Assembly: GCF_018977255.1 (NCBI RefSeq)
Contig: NW_024704743.1
Location: 76,200,001-76,260,000, forward strand
Length of the DNA stretch: 60,000 bases
Origin: Callorhinchus milii
Lineage: Eukaryota
Reading direction: 5' to 3'
The notes beneath the pieces were generated by a model that saw only the letters and a list, made by a program, of their open reading frames with translations, was not told where the DNA came from and searched no databases. This document shows positions 50,601 to 60,000 of this stretch, piece after piece. The position numbers and the translations under genes are program-made. The stretch's first letter is position 1. The number at the start of each line of letters is the position of its first letter.

Positions 50601-51879
50601 ATGCCAGACAGTGCTATCAATGACAAGCTATGCGGTTTTAGCTGGTTTGACTCCAGCTGTATCCCGATGCACACTCTGGGGTCCCCAAGCCTTGCCTCCT
50701 GCCAGCCCGTTGTGTGTGGGATGAATACAAGACTGAAGGGGACCGAACAGATAAATAATAATAATAAATAATAATTCTTGCATTTAATATATGACGTTGA
50801 GAAGTCTCAAGTGCTTCACAGAATATACTGCATAGTAGATTGACTGTATTTCATAGGCAAAACGGCCACAGTGAAGGGAGATTGGGAGTGCAGTGGGTAA
50901 CAAAGACATATTCTGGGGATTTGGAAAGGAAGGACAGTTTGGAGATGGATTGGTGGCTGGAGAGTTTTGAAGGGTCAAGGATGGCTTTTTGAGAAGGGCA
51001 ATGACAGTAATATTATTGACATGAATCACTTTGCAAATTTATAGTAGTCTCCCACTATGTACTTCATAACTGGGTTTCATAAATAGAGTGGAGGTACACT
51101 AGTTGCCTCACATCAGTTCAACTATCCATATCCTGTGGAAACAGGGCTGAACCTCAGCATGAAGAAGAATGAGCTCACAACATCTGCAGCGCTTTCTCCA
51201 AGGGAATAAGCAGTGTTTAACCAAGGAAGACTCCTGCTGAGACAACCCAAGTTCAAATAAAAAAGTCCTCTATTGCAAGTCCATAAATATAGTGTTTATA
51301 AGGATCCCAGCTGTTATACTTACTGATGTTCTGTCCAGGATTATTACAAAGAATTACTGAAATAGAAATTAATTTCATGAACACAGATGGAGAGCGCCAT
51401 GTTTTCGTGTGCTGGTAACTAAAAAAATTATTTAAAGCCATATGTGTTTTAAGAAGGAAACACTTGCATAAAAAGCTAAAATTAGAAACAACAAATCTAT
51501 CACAAGCAAATGTACAATAATAATGATAATTCTTGCATTTGAAATAGCACCTTTCACATTGGAGGAAAGTCTCAGATTGCTTCACAGGATTTACTGTAAA
51601 GTGTAGTGACTATATATTTGTAAGCAAACCTAGCAGCTAATTTGGATACAGCAATGTCCCTCAAACAGTCAATAACCAATTTTATTTGGAGGGATTGTCG
51701 GCCTGGATGCCTTGCATGTGTCATTTGATTAATAGCCAAAACAATGAACATTATATTCAACAATTAAATATTTATACTAATAATGATGATAATAAAATAT
51801 AATAATAATAATTTGGTATAGAGTCAGGTAGTGGTGTCAATCAGTGCTGGCCTGATACCAGACAAAGCATCTGAAAACA

Positions 51880-52178
51880 AGAATGATACCAGGGATCAGG
51901 ATCTTTAGTTATAAGAAGAGATTGGAGATGTTGGGTCTATTTTCATTGTAGCAGAGAAGGTTGAGAGGAGACCTATTCTAACTGTGCAAAATTATGACGG
52001 GTTTTGACGGGGTAAATTGACAGAAATAAATTCCATTGGTCAGGGAGTCAGTGACAAGGAGCCATAGTTATCAGATATTGTATTTCACTCGGAGAGTTGT
52101 TGGGATGTGGAATGTTCTGCCAATTAAGGCGATAGAGGCAGTGCCCTTTGTGGGTTTCAAGAGGGATGTGGACAGCTA
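51880..52178 (+). mobile_element. CR1 LINE 3' fragment
   Basis: RMIPGIRIFSYK.RLEMLGLFSL.QRRLRGDL and YFTRRVVGMWNVLP motifs; similar to 955-1446. Confidence 0.8.
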
Positions 52179-52224
52179 TATAATAATATTAATATACAAT
52201 AATAATCCCATATTATTGTGATAA

Positions 52225-52745
52225 ACAACATCACAATAATCTGAGATTCACAAGTACATACAGACCATCAGATGCAACAGTCCAGATATTTTCAGAAATA
52301 ATCAAATAGATTGTTTATGTAGTATTATTAATATGGCAATCCCAAGTAATTACAATGTAAAACACAAGGAACTAAAGAAAATCTGGAAATATATTGATCT
52401 ACAAATTGAATGCGCACATTTGTGGTAGTATAAAACAAGCATAGTTCCTATTGACATGAATGCAACTGGGACTGTTAATAAGACTATTCAAAGGTGTCTT
52501 GATGAAATATCTCTGGTATCGTGTCTGAATGAACTCCTTCTGTGCTGCATAATTCTATACTTCTATGATCTGGTGAACAGAATATCAACTTCCTGCAGAA
52601 AGTAACTATTTTAGGAAGCTCAAACATACTAAGAAAAGTAATATCCATTCATATGTAACGTGGCAGTGTTAATGGTCTGGCTGACCCATCACTGAAAACC
52701 ATTTAGAAATTATTTCTACAGAGTGATTAAAACTGTTAATAACAC
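52225..52745 (+). mobile_element. Second R4/Dong-type 3' fragment carrying a small CR1-tail insertion
   Basis: Collinear with 54200-54640 (IINMAIPSNYNVKHKELKKIWKYIDLQIE...). Insert 52518-52568 ends ttctatacttctatga and is flanked by a tctggt duplication. Confidence 0.75.
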
Positions 52746-54054
52746 AATATTAATAAGCCTTACATTTGGTATTATTGATGGCAGAAGCTTTTCATGGCAG
52801 TGGTGGGTGGGGAGGAGGGGGGGAAACAAAATCCTTATTTGGACATCCTCCCAACATGAAAGATGCTATATAAATGCATTTGTTGTTGTTTTGGCTCCGT
52901 AATGTTTTGATAACCCCCCGTCTATGAATGAATCCATGAGACCTGCTGCTCCTCCACCGTTTCCTTTGGTGGAGGAAAGATAGAGCAGGAGAAAGAGCTG
53001 TCATGGTACATGACTGTATTAAATTGGCTTAATCATGCAACCATATGAGCAAGAAAAGTCCATTCAGCCCTTGAGCCTGATCCATCATTCCATCTTGTGA
53101 AATCGTTTAAATTCATGTCTTTGCGCTCCGGGACACTACCCCCACATAAATGCAAGTTGTCGTTGTTGTTGCTGTTGTTTGCCTTTTCTTCATATCACTT
53201 ATTCCTTTACTTCCTAAATATGTATTTGTCTCCATTTTAAAATATCCCAATCAATTTTGCATCCAATCACATTATACCAATCACATACGCCGGCTTTGTT
53301 ACTGACTTATCATTACGTTTCTGAGAAAGGTTAATGAGTTACAGTAGGAGACACCTTACTGAATCCCTTCTACTTGACCAGTGAGAGCATAAACAGCCTC
53401 CGTTGAATAAAAGTACAAAAAACACCGGAAGCATTGAAGGAAACTATTTACTTTGACTACATCTGCACGGCTTTTGACTGGCAAGGTTACAGCCGAAAAT
53501 GTGATTTTAATATTTCTTTCTGCCTTTAAGATTCCCGAGGACCTGACCAATTTATCAAACCATTGGTAATGAAATAGAAAACAAATAGAAAACAAAGGAC
53601 AGAATAACTTGATTTCACTTCAAAACAGTGAAGCTGGAGAGTGAAAGGGCGATTTGATATGATCACAATTGGGATTTTATGCCAATATGGCACCATTCAG
53701 CATAAGGAGAGTGCAGGTGTAATGGAATAAATGATGTATTTCCTTACCAGTCAACACCGTGTTCAGTATTTTAGGATGTTTCCTTGCAGCCCATATGTCT
53801 TTTTAAGCCACATCTGTAAGTATGAAATAATCATACCTGAATGTTGGGGTTAACATTTGTCAGGAAGAGCAGAAAGCAGGTCTGATACACCCAGTGAAGG
53901 ACGGAGCACTTAAAATCACAGATACTTAACTGTGCTTTTGTGGGGAAGATTTATTGGAAAAGTGGAATAAGCATTAAAGTACAGACTGTTCTGTTTGCTA
54001 TTATCAAATTACACAGTGTCTCAAATTATACTGGTTTTGGAATTCATAACAACT

Positions 54055-54150
54055 GTTGATGATGATGATAATAATAATAATGATAATAATAGTAGTAATA
54101 TTAATGATCACAATAATAGTAGTAATATTGGTAAATGTAATAATAGTATT
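54055..54150 (+). repeat. Degenerate (TAA/TGA/TAG)n microsatellite
   Basis: gatgatgatgataataataataatgataataatagtagtaat... Confidence 0.85.
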
Positions 54151-54199
54151 TTGATATTGATGTAAATAACAACTGGTATGGACATCAATCATCCAAAGT

Positions 54200-54640
54200 A
54201 ACATCAACAAATTACATTACAACAATTTGGGATTCATAAGTACTGAAACAGATCAGATGTTATCATAAAGAATCAAATAGATTGTCCAAGTCATATTATT
54301 GATGTGGCTATCCCAAGTGATTGTAAGGTAAAAAATAAGGAACCAGAGAAACTCAGGAAATATATCAATCTACAAATTGAACGTGGACATATGTGGCAAT
54401 ATAAAACAAACATAGTTCTTACAATCTTCGGTGCAACTGGGACTATTAATAAGACTATTCAAAAATAGCTCGACAAAATACCTGGTGAACCAAATATCCT
54501 GCAGAAAGTAGCTATTTTAGGAAGTTCAAACATACTTCGAAAAGTAACATCCATTCGTATGTAGAATGGTAGTGTTATCACTGAAAACCATTCAAAAAAG
54601 ACCTCTACAGAGTGATTAAAACTATAATAACAATAATAAT
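54200..54640 (+). mobile_element. R4/Dong-type non-LTR retrotransposon 3' end (restriction-like endonuclease domain), decayed
   Basis: Frame reads HIIDVAIPSDCKVKNKEPEKLRKYINLQIERGHMWQYKTNIVLTIFGATGTINKTIQK*LDKIPGEPNILQKVAILGSSNILRKV, a typical R4-clade C-terminus; embedded in TAA-rich tracts. Confidence 0.8.
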
Positions 54641-55932
54641 CCTTAAACTTGGTATCATTGGTGGTGGAATCTTTTCACGATTAGGGAGAGGGGGGAAGCC
54701 GGAGATCGAGTGGCAAAATCACGACCAAATAGTGATTGGCGGGCTCCTTTGACGTATCCATTCTCACTATCAATGATGGCATCTTTGAGATGAAATTGAC
54801 CGGCGGGGACATCTGCCTGGCCCAGGGTAAAGCAAAATCATCCCAAATAAACATCAATTACAGGAACATGGAACAGGTAGTTTATCAACTGGCTGCACAG
54901 CACTTGCACTGATTCAGGCTGCTTCAGAGATTGGACAGTCTTGACAGTGAACCAAGCTCACCATGGACAGACTTTATACGTTGGAAACCTACATCCGCCC
55001 CCCACCTGCCCCCTGTTTCAAGAACCAATATTGGGTTTAATTCCTTTTGTATCAGGAGGACATGCCAAAGCAGATTATTGACAGCAAATGCGCTCCATTC
55101 ACTACTTGATGTAAACATTTAAAATAAGGATGTTTTCTAAATTATCACTTCTCCCACTAACTGGAATGAAATTGCGTGGTTATTGCTTCGATTCTTTACA
55201 AAGAAATGTGATCTCTCATGTTTCTACTTATACAGTGTTTTAAGTGCATGTTCAGAATGGCACGATGAATTTTCAATGTGAGTATAAAGCAATAAATATC
55301 TTGAACCACAGTGCTCCATGAATCCCTGATATAACCTATTCAGTTTTAGATGGGGACAAATTGATGCATTTTACTTGCAGTTTTTTAAATGCATATCCAG
55401 AAAGGCACTATGAAATTAACTCTTTCTCAAGACTTTCCATTAGTTTTTGACTGTGGCCACACTCCAACCCCCACCCCCCCTACCCTCCAACACCCTAGCT
55501 CGGATGCAAACACTTAACTGTCTAGCGCCTTGGAATGTCCTTCCGACATAAAAGGTGCTATATAAATGTAATTTGTTGTTGGAATTGCAATATGAGTATA
55601 AAGGAATAAATACCTTCAATCATCACATTCTCTGAAATACCAGTGATTCTGTATTGTACATGGCTAAGATAACCCACGTTTATTTGATAATAATTTACTA
55701 CTCACACATGTTCTATTAATATGGATTTCAAGGAACCTTTGATAATTTACGAGATATCCCAAGCTAAAAATATTTTCTTCTACAAGGCACTGTTGGTGTG
55801 GCATGTCAAGGGCCGAACGTAACACTTAAAATAAAGAGGTACACATATGGAAGCAGGTCACTACTACTGTACACTTTGAACTTGAGACAGTGGGATAGAG
55901 AGAAAACCTGAGAATAGAATGTTGGAATTCTG

Positions 55933-56088
55933 AAACAAAAGCAGTAAATGCTAGAAATGAACAGCTGGTCAAGGTGGATCTGCAAAGGAATGACAGGTTA
56001 ACCATTCTGCCTCAACCTTTTATTAGAACACCATTGAAGTTCTGACAAAGGGTCATATCCAAACCTCTAACCAATCCTTCTCTTTCAG
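55933..56088. mobile_element. Decayed Penelope-like inverted terminal remnant
   Basis: Quasi-palindromic aaatgctagaaat...acctttta ttagaac / gttctgacaaagggtca...aaac resembles Penelope pLTR palindromes with a degenerate hammerhead core. Confidence 0.5.
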
Positions 56089-56352
56089 TTTTGATAGCAT
56101 AGGGTGTAACATGTGTTATTCCCTAGCTGTAGCGAATATTTGAATGCCTACTTAAAAGAGAAATTCCATTACAAAAACGCAATAAACATTTGCTACAGGC
56201 TAGCAATTGGAACACATTAACCCTAGTGGAAACCTTTGACACATCTACATTGTTACCTTACCCGTGCCCCATGCTCGAGCAATCAAAGCTTCCAGTGTAG
56301 TGATGCAGTTGGAAGGGCAATGTTAGTAGGAAGTTACAATTACACCGTTACT

Positions 56353-56782
56353 TATAATAATAATAATAATAATCCTTGCATTTGTTGAGACTAGCGCCTT
56401 CCACTTCAGGAGGATGTCCCAAAACGTTTCACAGGATATATTGTGAATGCAGTACTGTGTATTTTGTAAACCAACGTGGCAGCCACCTTGCACACAACAA
56501 TGTCTCACAAACACCCATGGAGTGAATTTTATTAGGAGGATTATTGGCCAGGAAGCTGAAAAAAACTCCCTTCTCTTTTCAAATAGTGCCACAGGATCTT
56601 TACATCCATCTGAACAGTCAGACAGGGCCTCGCTTTAATGTCTCATCTGAAGGACAGCACCTCCAATAATGCAGCACACACCCAGCACAAGATTGGAGTG
56701 CTATATTAGATTATATCAGGGGCTTCAACCACAACCTTGTGATTCAAAGCCAAGTGTGCTACCATCTGAACCAGACTGACAC
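56353..56782 (-). mobile_element. Deu-domain SINE, near full length
   Basis: (TAA)n tail, core and head all present in reverse orientation. Confidence 0.75.
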
Positions 56783-57699
56783 ATAATATATCAGTGTTCA
56801 GTGGGAAATAGCAGAGCTCCACATTTGCATGCTGAAATATCAGCTCGTAGGACTGCTTACCATCTTCTGACTCTGACTGTTTTCATTACAAAGATCAAAA
56901 TTACAACATATTATCACATGAATCAATGATTTCAGCGATAAAACTTCTGCCAACCCCAAGGCCAGTGATAACTATTGACTGCTTTTCAACAGATTTGGGA
57001 TCAAAGTGATAATATGAGTGGACATCATATCACACAATTTTGAATTCATAGAAAATAACAGACTGCCTAAAATTTCACCAAGTTATAGCCTTTGTCGTAA
57101 TATTTTCAAATAGTGCCACAGGTCTATAACACCCACCTGGATCAGGCAGCCGCATACTTAGTTTTAACATCTAATGTGTAAGTAACATTTAATGTGTAAA
57201 GAAATATAACACTAACAAATTACATTTGTATCGCGCCTTTCACATCAGGAAGATGTCATGCCTTGCCTAAAATTGCCTTTCATAGCCTTGAACCTGTGCG
57301 CTCCTGTCTTACAGCTTTGGCATATCACAAATAAAAAGCAGCACATTTATCACTCTTTATTTCTATCTCTGTAATCGAAAATATAACAAAAACTTGCATT
57401 TATGTAGCGGCCTTTATGCAGAGTAGCATCTTGGAGTGCTTTACAGTGGCTGAGCCTGACGCCTAGCCCTAAGGATGGGGGCAAGTGATCGAAGGCACGG
57501 TCAAAGAGGATGGTCCTATGGTGTGATCTGAAAATGGGGAAGGAGGATGGTGGATGGATTGTGGGAGAGTCGCAGAGTTTTGGGGTGTAGTGGCTGAAGT
57601 CACAGACGCCGATGGTGGAACGGAAGGGACAAGGGACATGCATGGAAAATATAAGCACAGTAGTCTATCCCCACATTGGTTTTTTGGTCCTCTTTCAAT

Positions 57700-58052
57700 G
57701 GCCTTGAGTTGGTGAAGCCATTGTTTACTTAATGTGTACCTAAGGCATATAGACCAGGAAGGTTCCAGTTTTGATTCCTGATCTGTTCTTACATAGCTGA
57801 TCTTGGCCAATGTTTTGGGCACTCCACAACCTTTGGTTAAAGAGGAAGAAAACAGCTTTTACTAATTCCCTTGCTGGTGAGTATGATGCTGTGCACTTTG
57901 GATGAAGACAGGATTAGATTCAGTAATGATGATCTCACCTCATGATCGAGTCGCTGCCCAAAATTCACTGTCTGGGTTCATATATGAATATTGGTTACCT
58001 GGACTTAGTACCAAAGGATGGCAGCACCAATGGATCCCTAAACCAGCATGAG
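57700..58052 (+). mobile_element. Old SINE-like repeat (related fragments at about 3510-3600 and 4275-4550)
   Basis: Shared segments, e.g. cactgtctgggttcatatatgaa here versus cattgtcaagccttccacatgaa at 4415, plus a tRNA B-box-like region; family not named. Confidence 0.45.
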
Positions 58053-58753
58053 TATGTATCTTTGAAGAGGAGATTTTTTTGGAAGCTTTTTTGATGTTGG
58101 GTATGGCAAATGTGGAATTTTTCCATTTCAGGTATGGCAGTATCAGGAAATGCATCAGGAAGTATTTTATTTTACACATTAAACATTAGATATTAGATGT
58201 CACCACCACCTAGGTAGGCTGTTGCATTCATGAGATGCATACTTGCATGATTGCTGCAAATGTAAAATAACACAATGTAGCTAATATCATGAGTTTGGAG
58301 TTTGATTTTGTTTGATTTTGTGACTTCACTGGAAGACCACCAAAGCCAGGCAGGCGCTGAACACACATGGAGACAAACTTGGTTCACGAATGAACAGTTT
58401 ATTTATAATCTTCAGAAGGAAAGGTATCCCATAGGATAAATTTGTTCATTTAATTTCAAAGCAAATGCCAACATTAACTTACTTTAGAATAAGCTCCCTG
58501 GTCTGAACAAGCAAACGCAGACTCAAGCTCAGAAGAATGAAGGTGAACAATTGGTTCAGATTTAATGATTTATACAGAAAATAGTGAATAATAATAATAA
58601 TCCTTTCATTTGATATAGCACCTTATCATGTCGTTGAGACATCTCAGGCATGCTATAGCCTACCTAGGTGTGGCGACAGATTACATCAGTAAATTCAAGA
58701 GGGAATTAAACAGCCATTTGGGGAATAATTCAGTTGAGATGTATATGAAAAAA

Positions 58754-59001
58754 TAGGGTGATCTTACGTCCCTGATTTCCGGGGACAGTCCCCCGATTAG
58801 GTATTGTGTCTCTGGCCAAATTTGTCCCATCTTGAGTTCAGCAGCAAACTGAGTAAGGACAAAAAAATTGTAAAACAGAAACATTCATCAGAGAAACACA
58901 GGCAGCAAGCTTCTCCAGTACTGCCAGCAACAGGAATTGTGGTGAGTTAAATTTTTTTTATATGTGTCACCAGATTTGGTTTACAAAATATGGTATCCCT
59001 A
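58754..59001. mobile_element. hAT (Blackjack/MER81-MER94-like) MITE
   Basis: Left end TAGGGTGATC..CGTCCCTGATTTCCGGGGACAGTCCC; right end ATATGGTATCCCTA; degenerate 8-bp TSD gtatatga (58741) / gtataaga (59002). Confidence 0.7.
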
Positions 59002-60000
59002 GTATAAGAAATAGAGTAATGTAGGATTTTTTTTTACATTTTACTTTTATTTTACTTTGGACCCTGGGGTCTTTTCCGGTCCTGTGCACCTCTATGTTCT
59101 CACGTACACATCCTCTGATCAGAGCTGTGTGTTAATAAGTAATTGAACTTGGCTGCTTCTTCTGTAGACTGTCTGCATCGATCTACAATTGCCAACCAAA
59201 GCCTCATCCGATCCAATCAGTGGGTAACAACTGCCTGGTATAATTGAAAACATAAAGCTGGGTGAATTATAGCTGCTCTGAAGCAGATTAATTCTTCTTT
59301 CTTTTAGGCCTGGTTGGTTAACAGAGGCTTGCGGTAGTAAGTATATCATTCACACTGCTGGAGCAAGAAGGAAAGGACGCACAATTTATACCTAATGTTG
59401 CAATCAGTGACGTTTATTCAATCCCCAGGCAGTGTTATTTGCAACAATCAATAATTCACGATCAGGGATATAGCAATTCCGTAACATAAATCTGTTACTG
59501 CTGGAGAGGAGTAGTAAGGGGATAGGCCTCTCAGTTGACAGAAACTTTGTAAAGAGACTGTTGGGAGAGAAAAATGAGGGGATAGAATTCCCAGACATGA
59601 CATTAAAGCTCCCAGTAATGAGTCTGTCTGGACATGTTATATGTAACAAAATTAATCACTGCATCTTCCAGCAGTGTTTCATTATGTACTAAAAAAGCTG
59701 CCATAGATTTAACAGTTATCTTGCACGCAGTGAATTTATTGTGGTGGCGTGACTGAATGGAGGTTTTTGAGAAAGGTCTTGCATTTTAAGAGGTAACAAT
59801 ATGAGTATTGCAAACTTCAGTGTTTTTATCTTAGCACAAACCGTTTCCAACGTTGACGCTCGAGTCTCAAACAGTCTCGCTGAAAGTAGTAACAAGAGTA
59901 TATCCATTGGATAAAAGCTAACATTCCACTCACATTGGATTTTATTCAACTTGCCCATAGTACTTGTACACACGCCTATTGTGGTCTGGGCTATTGATGC

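Noticed and set aside
59010..60000. Repeat-poor stretch that might hold exons (e.g. STARD3NL) or conserved enhancers
   Set aside because: No recognisable coding frame; conservation cannot be judged without alignments.

Overview
Vertebrate nuclear genomic DNA, repeat-rich, most likely a cartilaginous fish. The tRNA-headed SINEs, Deu-domain SINEs and abundant L2/CR1 LINE relics suggest a chimaera/elephant-shark-like genome; this is inference, not a database result. Two spliced genes lie head-to-head with about 5.4 kb between their ATGs, as in the conserved vertebrate SFRP4-EPDR1 pair. SFRP4 (minus strand) has four clear coding exons (20015-20456, 19441-19512, 18561-18626, 15195-15393). Its usual exons 5-6 are not recognisable; a phase-compatible candidate terminal exon at 10219-10372 would give a novel C-terminus. 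EPDR1 (plus strand) is complete in three exons (25858-26129, 36625-36833, 40892-41082; 223 aa). The rest is decayed transposable elements (L2, CR1, R4/Dong-type LINE ends, SINEs, hAT- and piggyBac-type MITEs, a Penelope-like remnant, an unclassified ~540-bp repeat), simple repeats and local duplications. No prokaryotic-type system, CRISPR array or genuine tRNA/rRNA gene is present, and I cannot support a clearly new biological system. The best leads are the remodelled SFRP4 3' end and a speculative Gly-Cys-UGA ending of EPDR1 with a non-canonical SECIS-like hairpin in its 3' UTR.
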